From Eubacteriales bacterium (lineage in GTDB: Bacteria > Bacillota > Clostridia > Oscillospirales > CAG-382): DNA of 64,000 nucleotides. Shown in pieces: positions 34,085-42,470 of this stretch. The DNA lies in contig JAZQGP010000014.1 of the NCBI GenBank assembly GCA_045540015.1, positions 2,850-66,849 of the forward strand, in the 5' to 3' direction. The notes under the pieces were generated by a model. That model searched no databases, was not told where the DNA came from, and worked only from the letters and a program-made list of their open reading frames with translations. The position numbers were made by a program, and so were the translations under genes. The stretch's first letter is position 1. The number at the start of each line of letters is the position of its first letter.

Positions 34085-34492
34085 GCGGCTATCGCCGGAG
34101 AGTCATAATCCAAGTTTATGGCTTTTCACTCTGCCGAGAGCGTTCATTTTCTGTTCGCCCAGAAAATGAACCAAAAGATGCGACTAAGAGCACCTACGGT
34201 TCTCTTAGTTATCTCTCCCTTATCGCCGACGCCTTTCTATCTTACTTTTTTAAAAAGTCTACCCATCATCTCAAACCTGTTCGGTCTTTTCTTCCGGCTC
34301 TCATAGCTTACGGCGATTACTTGTAAGATGGCAAAGCTGCACTGATTGAGCAATTCTGAAATTGATGTTGTTCAAACGTCAATTTCACCGTTTAAAAGTT
34401 TTTGCTAAGCTTTTTTCAAAAAGCGTGATGTTGTTTAAACATCAATTTCACCGATGGAAAGTTCTTTGCTAAGCTTTCTTTCAAGAAAGCGT
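34085..34492 (-). repeat. Composite dispersed repeat, reverse copy (inverted partner of 25993-26485)
   Basis: Same module order when read on the minus strand. Hairpins at 34085-34098, 34127-34140, 34142-34171 and 34183-34209. Palindrome at 34473-34490. 34302-34435 is the exact reverse complement of 26050-26183. Confidence 0.9.
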
Positions 34493-34592
34493 GGCTTTTT
34501 TCAAAAAGCGGGTAGACAAATGCGGGATTGTGTGGTATAATATATGCGTATATTTGTGTTCAGACGTAATTTTTGTGAAGGAATAGAGTAAT

Positions 34593-35354
34593 ATGAATAA
34601 ATGTACGATAATCGCCTTTGCCAATCAGAAAGGCGGAGTTGGTAAAACAACGAGTGCTGTAAATATTGCAAGCGCGGTTGCAGAATGCGGAAAACGTGTG
34701 CTTTTGTGCGATTTTGACCCGCAGGGAAATGCTACAAGTGGAGTTGGTGCAGATAAACACGCAAACGTCACGGCATATGATGTGTTGCTGGGAGCAAATC
34801 CGTATGAGGCGGTAGTAAAGACCGAGTTTGAAAGACTTGATGTGCTTCCTGCATCTATGAGCCTTGCAGGCGCAGAGCTTGAGATTGCCGATGAGCAAAG
34901 ACGAGAAGCAAAGCTCAAAACGGCGCTTGATATGTTAAGACCTGATTACGATTACATATTTATCGACTGTCCTCCGGCACTCGGACTTCTTACGATAAAC
35001 GCACTTTGTGCGACAGACGGCGTGATTGTTCCGATGCAGTGTGAATATTTTGCACTTGAGGGACTTTCCCAGCTTATGCAGACGCTTTCGATTGTGCGAA
35101 AAAAGTATAATCCGTCGCTGACGCTAACGGGGGTTGTGCTTACGATGTTTGATGGACGACTGAATTTGTCATTGCAGGTGCTTGAGGAAATCAAAAAATA
35201 TCTGCCGGGAAAAATCTTCAGAACTCCCGTGCCGAGAAATGTGCGGCTCTCAGAGGCGCCCAGCCACGGTATGCCTGTAAAATACTACGATAAGCACTCT
35301 AAAGGCGCTGCGGCATATGACGATATAGCTAAAGAGCTTCTTGAAAGAATATAA
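34593..35354 (+). CDS. ParA/Soj family ATPase (no parB partner in window)
   Basis: Deviant Walker A NQKGGVGKTTSAVN and DCPPALGLLTINAL motifs. Confidence 0.9.
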   Translation: MNKCTIIAFANQKGGVGKTTSAVNIASAVAECGKRVLLCDFDPQGNATSGVGADKHANVTAYDVLLGANPYEAVVKTEFERLDVLPASMSLAGAELEIADEQRREAKLKTALDMLRPDYDYIFIDCPPALGLLTINALCATDGVIVPMQCEYFALEGLSQLMQTLSIVRKKYNPSLTLTGVVLTMFDGRLNLSLQVLEEIKKYLPGKIFRTPVPRNVRLSEAPSHGMPVKYYDKHSKGAAAYDDIAKELLERI

Positions 35355-35381
35355 TTGAACAATTGAAAGGATGGAATTGAA

Positions 35382-36503
35382 ATGAAAGTTAAAGCAATTG
35401 TTTGTGCACTGCTTGCGACAACGGTTATTTTCGGTGCAGGCTGTAAAAAGAAAAACGAGGATTTTAACGATGAAACCGTAAAGGTTATAGACGATGCCGA
35501 GACTGAGAAGGATGCGGAGCCTGAGGCTGAGGATGAGAATAACGAGGAGAACGCCGATCTTCCCGAAAAGCCCGAGTTTGTAAATCCCCTTACAGGTGAA
35601 GAAACAACGCAGGAGCTTGTCGGCAACAGACCTGTTGCAATTATGATAAACAACATACATCTTGCAATGCCTCAGATGGCAATTTCAAAGGCAGACATTG
35701 TTTATGAGGTTCTTGAAGAAGGCGGAATTACCCGTCTTATGGCACTTTATCAGGATTATGAAAGCTTACCTGAGACAGGCTCAATACGTTCGGCGAGAGA
35801 CTATTATATTGATTTGTCCGATGCACATGATGCAATTTATGTTCATTGCGGCGGAAGCACCTATGCAACAGCAACACTTGCACAGAGAAAAACCGAAAAC
35901 ATAGACGGTATGTACCTTGGCAACTTCTACAGAAGTGCAGAACGCCGAAAGACTATGGCAAGCGAACATACACTTATGATTACGGGCGAAGGTCTTGCAA
36001 AAAACATTGCCCAGAAGGGTTATCGCACCGAAAGCTCTGCACAGCAGCCGCTGGCGTTTTATGATGTTGAAACCGAATTTGAGGGAAGAAGTGCAAAGAG
36101 CATAAGAGTTCCTTTTTCGCTTGCACTTGATAACGACCCGTATGCACTTTCTACTTTTGAATATGATGAAGCAACAGGAAAATACCTGAAGAGCCAGTAT
36201 GATAAAGCTCATATAGATGGTGGAACAGGCGAGCAGCTTGCTTTTGAAAACGTTATAACCCTTGAATGTAAGCAGTATCAGATAAGAGGCGATGCACTCG
36301 GATGTATCGCAGTTGACTTTTTCGGAAGCGGCGAGGGAAAATACGCTTCAAACGGAGTTATGAAGAACATTGTATGGAAAAAGCAGTCCAGAACAAGTTC
36401 TTATACACTTTATGAAGAAGACGGCACAACTCCTCTTCTTATCAACCCGGGAAAATCCTATATTGCAGTTGTTCCTTCGGGCACAACCGTAAGTGCAGAA
36501 TAA
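35382..36503 (+). CDS. DUF3048 (YerB-like) lipoprotein
   Basis: Lipobox FGAGC, an acidic linker, then RPVAIMINNIHLAMPQMAISKADIVYEVLEEGGITRLMALY, typical of DUF3048. Confidence 0.75.
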   Translation: MKVKAIVCALLATTVIFGAGCKKKNEDFNDETVKVIDDAETEKDAEPEAEDENNEENADLPEKPEFVNPLTGEETTQELVGNRPVAIMINNIHLAMPQMAISKADIVYEVLEEGGITRLMALYQDYESLPETGSIRSARDYYIDLSDAHDAIYVHCGGSTYATATLAQRKTENIDGMYLGNFYRSAERRKTMASEHTLMITGEGLAKNIAQKGYRTESSAQQPLAFYDVETEFEGRSAKSIRVPFSLALDNDPYALSTFEYDEATGKYLKSQYDKAHIDGGTGEQLAFENVITLECKQYQIRGDALGCIAVDFFGSGEGKYASNGVMKNIVWKKQSRTSSYTLYEEDGTTPLLINPGKSYIAVVPSGTTVSAE

Positions 36504-36540
36504 CTTAACGCAAATCCACTTTTTTACAGAGGTCTTTAAA

Positions 36541-38247
36541 ATGAATGAAAAAATAATTATTGCAGAAAAGCTCAAAAGTGCAATTCCCGACCAGAGTGTT
36601 GAGGAAATCGCAGGAATGCTTGAATATCCTGCCGACAAAAAAATGGGTGACCTTGCTCTGCCTTGCTTTAAGCTATCGAGAGTTCTTCGTAAAGCGCCGC
36701 CGATGATTGCGGATTCCTTTAAGGAAATGCTTTGTGCGGACAGTGAAATAACAGGTCTTTTTGAAAAAATCGAGAGCGTAAACGGATACCTCAATTTCTT
36801 TATAGGAAAAGGCTCTCTTGCATCTGAGCTTTGTGCGATTGCCGAAAATGAAAACTACGGTTCCTCCGAGGTTGGAAAGGGAAAGACAATTGTTATAGAC
36901 TATTCGTCTCCAAATGTTGCAAAGCCTTTCCATATCGGACACCTTCGCTCAACCGTTATCGGTCAGTCGATTAAGAATCTCCACAAGTTCTGCGGATATG
37001 AATGCGTAGGCGTAAACCATCTCGGTGACTGGGGCACTCAGTTTGGAAAGCTTATTGTTGCCTATAAAAAATGGGGCAGCAAGGAAAAAATCGAGGAGGG
37101 CGGAATTGACGCTCTTACCGAAATTTATGTAAAATTCCACAAGGAAGCTGAAGAAAACCCTGCACTTGAAGACGAAGCAAGAGCAGCGTTTACTGCCATG
37201 GAAAACGGCGACGAAGAATGTCTTGCTCTGTGGAAATGGTTTATTGAGATTTCAATTAATGAATATAAGAAAACCTATAGTCTTATTGGCGCAGATTTTG
37301 AATCCTGGAACGGCGAAAGCTTTTATTTTGATAAAACAGACCGCGTAGTTAATGAACTTAGAGACAAAAAGCTTCTGACAGTTGACGAGGGTGCAGAAAT
37401 CGTAAAGCTTGACGAATACGATATGCCTCCCTGCCTTATACTCAAGTCTGACGGCTCGACAATATATGCAACCCGCGATATTGCGGCTGCCATATACCGT
37501 AAGGAAACATACGACTTTGACAAGTGTATTTATGTAACGAGTGCAGGACAGAGCCTTCATTTTGCACAGTTTTTCAAGGTTATTGGCATGATGGGCTATG
37601 ATTGGGCAAAGGATTTGGTTCATGTTCCGTTTGGTACGGTAAGCATTGAGGGTGCAAAGCTTGCAACAAGAACAGGTAACGTTGTTTTGCTTGAAGACAT
37701 CTTCAGAATTGCAACCGAAAAGACGCTTGAGATTATAAATCAGAAAAACCCTGATCTTGCAGACAAAGAAGAAGTTGCAAGTGCTGTGGGTGTGGGTGCT
37801 GTTGTGTTCCACGACCTTTCAAACAACCGCATAAAGGACGTAAACTTCATGTGGGACGAGGTTTTGAACTTCGACGGAAACACAGGTCCTTATGTTCAGT
37901 ACACATATGCACGCTGCTTTGGTATTCTCGAAAAGGCGGCGGCTGAGGGTATAGACGGCAATGGCGAGCTTTGTCTTACGGATGACACAGAGTCTGCTCT
38001 TATAAAAACACTTAAAGCATTTCCCGAAAAGGTAGAGCAAGCAAGGAGTGATCTTGAGCCGTCTGTCATTGCAAGATACCTGCTTGACGTGTGTGCGGAC
38101 TTCAACCGCTTCTATCACGACTGTCCCGTACTTCGTGCCGAGGACGAAAAGGTAAAGAACACACGTGTCGCTCTTGTCAAGGCAACAAGTATAGTTTTAA
38201 ATAATGGTTTGAAGCTTATTGGTCTTAAGAGACCCAAGAATATTTAG
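36541..38247 (+). CDS. argS: Arginine--tRNA ligase
   Basis: HIGH-type motif PFHIGHLRS and class I architecture. ATG 36541 is preferred over the track start at 36493. Confidence 0.95.
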   Translation: MNEKIIIAEKLKSAIPDQSVEEIAGMLEYPADKKMGDLALPCFKLSRVLRKAPPMIADSFKEMLCADSEITGLFEKIESVNGYLNFFIGKGSLASELCAIAENENYGSSEVGKGKTIVIDYSSPNVAKPFHIGHLRSTVIGQSIKNLHKFCGYECVGVNHLGDWGTQFGKLIVAYKKWGSKEKIEEGGIDALTEIYVKFHKEAEENPALEDEARAAFTAMENGDEECLALWKWFIEISINEYKKTYSLIGADFESWNGESFYFDKTDRVVNELRDKKLLTVDEGAEIVKLDEYDMPPCLILKSDGSTIYATRDIAAAIYRKETYDFDKCIYVTSAGQSLHFAQFFKVIGMMGYDWAKDLVHVPFGTVSIEGAKLATRTGNVVLLEDIFRIATEKTLEIINQKNPDLADKEEVASAVGVGAVVFHDLSNNRIKDVNFMWDEVLNFDGNTGPYVQYTYARCFGILEKAAAEGIDGNGELCLTDDTESALIKTLKAFPEKVEQARSDLEPSVIARYLLDVCADFNRFYHDCPVLRAEDEKVKNTRVALVKATSIVLNNGLKLIGLKRPKNI

Positions 38248-38284
38248 TTTATAAATTTATTTTCAAATACAAGGAGAAATAATC

Positions 38285-39016
38285 ATGTCCGGACATTCCA
38301 AATGGAAAAACATTATGCACAAGAAGGAAAAAACCGACCTTCAGCGTGCAAAGGTATTTACAAAAATCGGTAAGGAAATAGCAATGGCAGTACGCGACGG
38401 CGGTCCCGACCCCGTTTCCAACACAAAGCTTCGTGACCTTATTGCAAAGGCTAAGGCTAACAATGTGCCTAACGACAATATTGAGCGTACCATCAAAAAA
38501 GCATCCGGTGCGGACGGCTCCGTTAACTACGAGGTTATCGTATACGAAGGTTACGGACCGAGCGGCGTTGCGGTTATTGTTGAAACAACCACCGACAACA
38601 GAAACAGAACGGGTGCAGACATGAGGCATTATTTTGACAAATTTGGCGGAAATCTCGGTCAGACAGGCTGTGTATCATACATGTTCTCCGACAAGGGTGT
38701 TATTGCCATTGACGGAGAGGGTATTGACGAAGAAAAGCTCATGGAGGATGCTCTTGAAGCGGGTGCCGACGACATTTCCGGAGAAGACGGAATTTTTGAG
38801 GTTACAACAGACCCGTCTGAATTCTCGGCTGTCACCGAAGCGCTCACCGAAAAGGGCTACAAGTTTATTTCGGCAGAGCAGTCCAAAGTTCCTGCAAACT
38901 ATGTAACTCTTACTGACGAGGATGCCATCAAAAACATGACAAAGCTTCTTGATATGTTTGACGAAAATGACGACGTTACCAACGTCTGGCACAACTGCGA
39001 CAACGACGATTTTTAA
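38285..39016 (+). CDS. yebC: YebC/PmpR family DNA-binding transcriptional regulator
   Basis: MSGHSKWKNIMHKKEKTDLQRAKVFTKIGKEI signature. Confidence 0.95.
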   Translation: MSGHSKWKNIMHKKEKTDLQRAKVFTKIGKEIAMAVRDGGPDPVSNTKLRDLIAKAKANNVPNDNIERTIKKASGADGSVNYEVIVYEGYGPSGVAVIVETTTDNRNRTGADMRHYFDKFGGNLGQTGCVSYMFSDKGVIAIDGEGIDEEKLMEDALEAGADDISGEDGIFEVTTDPSEFSAVTEALTEKGYKFISAEQSKVPANYVTLTDEDAIKNMTKLLDMFDENDDVTNVWHNCDNDDF

Positions 39017-39059
39017 AAAAAGCTTAGCAAAAATTTTTGATTGGTGAAATTGAAGTTTG

Positions 39060-39226
39060 AACAACTTCAATTTCACAATACTTCCTCAAGAAGCCAAACA
39101 TTAATTTTTAACAACTTCAATTTCACAATACTTCCTCAAGAAGCCAAACATTAATTTTTAACAACTTCAATTTCACAATACTTCCTCAAGAAGCTAAACA
39201 TTGATTTTTAACAACATCAATTTCAC
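39060..39226 (+). repeat. 50-bp tandem repeat, 3.3 units, seeded from the 3' arm of a module-A hairpin
   Basis: The unit AACAACTTCAATTTCACAATACTTCCTCAAGAAGCCAAACATTAATTTTT starts at 39060, 39110 and 39160, with a partial unit at 39210. The first two units are identical, the third has 2 changes, and the partial fourth unit (17 nt) has one change. A complete module-A hairpin sits at 39044-39076. Confidence 0.9.
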
Positions 39227-39352
39227 AAAAACGTTTTATTCGTGCAGAAGCCGAAAACGAGGTTGTTAAAAGGTGGTTTTCAGCAAGGAACATACGCAAT
39301 GTGCATTTCCAACTCCTAATTTCTAATTCCTAATTTCATCAAAGGTGACATC

Positions 39353-40033
39353 ATGGCAAACACAAAAGACAACCCACACAAACACCACCGTGAACGGCTT
39401 CGCAGCCGATATGTTGAGAACGGAATATCAAGCCTTCAGGAGCATGAAATTCTGGAGATGCTGCTGTTCTATTCAATTCCTGTTGTTAACACAAATCCGC
39501 TTGCACATGAGCTGCTTTCAAAGTTTGGCTCGCTGAAAAATGTGCTTGAAGCATCGTCTGAGGAATTGTCTCAGATTTCGGGACTTGGAGAAAAAAGCGC
39601 AATTTTCCTTGGTTTTTTAAGAGATGTTTATTCCCGTATTTCCGCTAAACCCATAGATAAGAAAGCAGTTATGACATATGAGAGTATGGGTGACTTGTTT
39701 GTTGAGCGGTTAAAGGACTGCAAGACGGAAAACATAGAAATTCTACTGCTTGATGCAAAGGACAGAATAATTTCTGTTGAGAAAATTGCCGAAGGCTCTT
39801 TCGATTCTGCAGAACTGGATATGAGAAAGATTGCGCAGCTTGCACTGATAAGAAATGCGGCAAGAATTGCCGTTGCGCATAATCATCCTAACGGCAACAA
39901 GAATTTATCGATTTCTGACAAGGCAGCGGCAACAATGCTTACAACCTTCCTCAATCAAATCGGCGTGGAATTTGCGGAGCTTTACGTTGTTGCAAACGGA
40001 GAATACATAGGATTGCGGAATTTGATAAAATGA
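39353..40033 (+). CDS. radC: RadC-like JAB/MPN domain protein (UPF0758)
   Basis: N-terminal HhH region (HEILEMLLFYSIP) and JAMM motif VAHNHPNGN. Confidence 0.9.
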   Translation: MANTKDNPHKHHRERLRSRYVENGISSLQEHEILEMLLFYSIPVVNTNPLAHELLSKFGSLKNVLEASSEELSQISGLGEKSAIFLGFLRDVYSRISAKPIDKKAVMTYESMGDLFVERLKDCKTENIEILLLDAKDRIISVEKIAEGSFDSAELDMRKIAQLALIRNAARIAVAHNHPNGNKNLSISDKAAATMLTTFLNQIGVEFAELYVVANGEYIGLRNLIK

Positions 40034-40044
40034 AATTACAAAGC

Positions 40045-40078
40045 AAGGCGTGTGTCTTTTCGGACACACGCCTTTTAA
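40045..40078 (+). terminator. Rho-independent terminator after radC
   Basis: AAGGCGTGTGTC-TTTTCG-GACACACGCCTT followed by TT. Confidence 0.75.
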
Positions 40079-40092
40079 TATGCAGTTGAGTT

Positions 40093-42324
40093 TTACTGTG
40101 CGGAATATTCTTTAAAATCCTTGACCTTTCCGTTTTCCCAGGTAATGTCAATGATTTTTCCGCCTCTTACACGCATACCCTTGATACTTCCATTCTTCCA
40201 CTCATCGGGAAGTGCAGGAAGCAGAACAAGCTTACCGTTTCTTACGTCTGCAAGCATTTCAAGAACGCCGCTTACAAAACCGAAGTTTCCGTCAATCTGG
40301 AACGGCGGATGAGCGTCAAGCAGGCTGATAAATGTGCCGCCGCCTTTAGAGTAAGTTGTTGCAAGCGCATCGTATACAGGACGAAGCTGCATATCCATAA
40401 GAGTTTTTGCGTGGTTTCCGTCATCAAGTCTTGCCCAGACATTTATTTTCCAGCCAAGACTCCAGCCCGTTCCGTCATCACCGCGAACCTCGAGTGTTTT
40501 AAGACAAGCGTCTACAAGCTCGGGGGTTTTTTCTTTTGTGATAAGATGAGCGGGATGAAGCGGATATATGTGAGAGAGATGACGGTGCTGAGGGGCGCTT
40601 TCGGTTACATCCTCCGTCCACTCAAGAAGTCTGCCGTCCTTGCCTATACGCATCGGGTCCATAGACTCAATTGCTTCTTCGAGAGCCTTCTTGAAATCAT
40701 AGTCGCAAATGCCGAGATCTTCTATTGAGGTAAGGCAGTTCTTGAATAAATCGTATGCGATACAGTCGGACATGGTTGTGTACTTTGCAACACCAGAGCC
40801 CTGTCCGTCTGCCTGTGTGAACATGTTTTCCGGTGAGGTTGCGGGACATATGGATTTGTGTCCGTCACCTCTTTCGCAGAGAATATCAAGATAATAGCGA
40901 GCAGCTTCTTTGATTATCGGATAGCAGGTGTCGCGAAGGAAATCCTTATCAAGCGTATATTCGTAGTAGTCAAAAAGGTTTCTGCACAGCCAGCCCGAGC
41001 CGCCGTTCCAGAATCCCCATACGGGATTTGCAGGCATAGGACCTGCGTTGCCCCAAAGGTCTGTGTTGTGGTGAAGCACAAAGCCGTTTGCGCGGTAGTA
41101 GTGCTTTGCGATTTCGATTCCTGTTTTGCTTACCTTTTTGCAAAGATCTATCATGGGTACAAAGCATTCCTGGAGATTGATTCCGAGAGTTGGCCAGTAG
41201 TTCATTTCTGTGTTTATGTTTACTGTATAGTCTGAGCGCCAGGGAGGAGTCATTAAGTTGTTCCATATACCTTGGAGATTCATTGCCTGAGAGCCTTCAC
41301 GGGAGCCGGCAATTGTAAGATATCTTCCGAAGTCGAACATGAGCGTGTAAAGGCTGATATCGGAATGGTCTTCAGCGTGCTTTCCAAGACGCTCGTCTGT
41401 CGGCATGTCTTCTCTGCCGCTTGTTCCGAGGTCGAGTTTTACTCTGTTGTAAAGCGTTGTGTAATCGGAAATATGCTCACTCTTTACCTTTTCATACCCG
41501 TCTGAGAGAACTTTGTTGATTGTGTTTTCTGCTACATTTATGTATTCTCTGCCGTCTATGGAGGGAAGCTTGTTGTAGCCGTTGAAGTTTGAGAACACGG
41601 AGAAAACAATAACTGCGCTGTCTGCGTTCTTTATGGCTATTCCGTCCTTTGAGCTTTCTACTGTTCCGCCCTCAGCTTTTATTCTAAAACCTCCGCGGAA
41701 TGAAATGCCCTGCTTTTCGGGTTCTTCTGGATAGCTGTAGGTGTTGTCTGCTACATTTATGTAATCGGGACAGATACCATCAAAATACAAGTATCCGTCT
41801 TTTTCGCCCGTTTGTCCTTTCATGGGTGTTGAAATATTTGCTTTAAAGCTTATTTTGCCGGGTTTGTCGGCAGTCAGCTTTATAACAAGGGCGTCTGCAG
41901 GGTTTGAGCAGAAATACTCACGTGTAAATCTTGTACCGTTCTGCGTGTAAGCTACTGTAACAACGGCATTGTCAAGGTCTAAAGTTCTGCCGTAGTCGGA
42001 AAACTCTTCACTTCCTTCAAACTCAATATCCATGTCTCCGAACAGAAGATAGTGTGCTACGGGTTCGTCAAGAAAGTTCTGAGCAAGATGCATATGTGCA
42101 TCGTGGTAATTTCCCTCAAAAACGAGTTTTTTAGCATCGCAGTAAGCCTCGTATGCACCCTCTTTAAGAGAAACTCTCGGATGACCGGACCATAGAGTGT
42201 CGTCGTTTATTGTAATCTTTTCGTTTTTCACGCCGCCGCACACCATGGCGCCGAGTCTACCGTTACCGATGGGCTGGCCTTCTATCCAGTATTCGGCAGG
42301 CTTTGTGTAATAAGTTTTAGACAT
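40093..42324 (-). CDS. Glycoside hydrolase family 95 (alpha-L-fucosidase type)
   Basis: 743 aa. N-terminus YWIEGQPIGNGRLGAMVCGG...INDDTLWSG is typical of GH95. No signal peptide. Confidence 0.85.
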   Translation of the reverse strand: MSKTYYTKPAEYWIEGQPIGNGRLGAMVCGGVKNEKITINDDTLWSGHPRVSLKEGAYEAYCDAKKLVFEGNYHDAHMHLAQNFLDEPVAHYLLFGDMDIEFEGSEEFSDYGRTLDLDNAVVTVAYTQNGTRFTREYFCSNPADALVIKLTADKPGKISFKANISTPMKGQTGEKDGYLYFDGICPDYINVADNTYSYPEEPEKQGISFRGGFRIKAEGGTVESSKDGIAIKNADSAVIVFSVFSNFNGYNKLPSIDGREYINVAENTINKVLSDGYEKVKSEHISDYTTLYNRVKLDLGTSGREDMPTDERLGKHAEDHSDISLYTLMFDFGRYLTIAGSREGSQAMNLQGIWNNLMTPPWRSDYTVNINTEMNYWPTLGINLQECFVPMIDLCKKVSKTGIEIAKHYYRANGFVLHHNTDLWGNAGPMPANPVWGFWNGGSGWLCRNLFDYYEYTLDKDFLRDTCYPIIKEAARYYLDILCERGDGHKSICPATSPENMFTQADGQGSGVAKYTTMSDCIAYDLFKNCLTSIEDLGICDYDFKKALEEAIESMDPMRIGKDGRLLEWTEDVTESAPQHRHLSHIYPLHPAHLITKEKTPELVDACLKTLEVRGDDGTGWSLGWKINVWARLDDGNHAKTLMDMQLRPVYDALATTYSKGGGTFISLLDAHPPFQIDGNFGFVSGVLEMLADVRNGKLVLLPALPDEWKNGSIKGMRVRGGKIIDITWENGKVKDFKEYSAQ

Positions 42325-42342
42325 GGCTGATATCTCCTTGAA

Positions 42343-42383
42343 TAAAAAATAGAGGTAGTTTACATATATTGTAAACTACCTCT
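42343..42383 (-). terminator. Rho-independent terminator after aspS
   Basis: AGAGGTAGTTTAC...GTAAACTACCTCT stem followed on the minus strand by a T-rich run. Confidence 0.8.
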
Positions 42384-42470
42384 GCCATTCTGTCAATGTA
42401 AAAAAGCGCACAAAAAAATGTAAAATTCAGCACATATTTCGATTATTTACTGCTTTTTATATTATAAAAC

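Noticed and set aside
39060-39226. Possible CRISPR array
   Set aside because: The units are directly abutting 50-bp tandem copies with no unique spacers between them. No cas genes or leader are present.
42325-42470. T-box or other riboswitch near the aaRS genes (also 36503-36541 for argS and 45551-45577 for hisS)
   Set aside because: The gaps upstream of argS and hisS are far too short. The 42325-42470 gap lies downstream of aspS and contains only a terminator and the GH95 promoter region.
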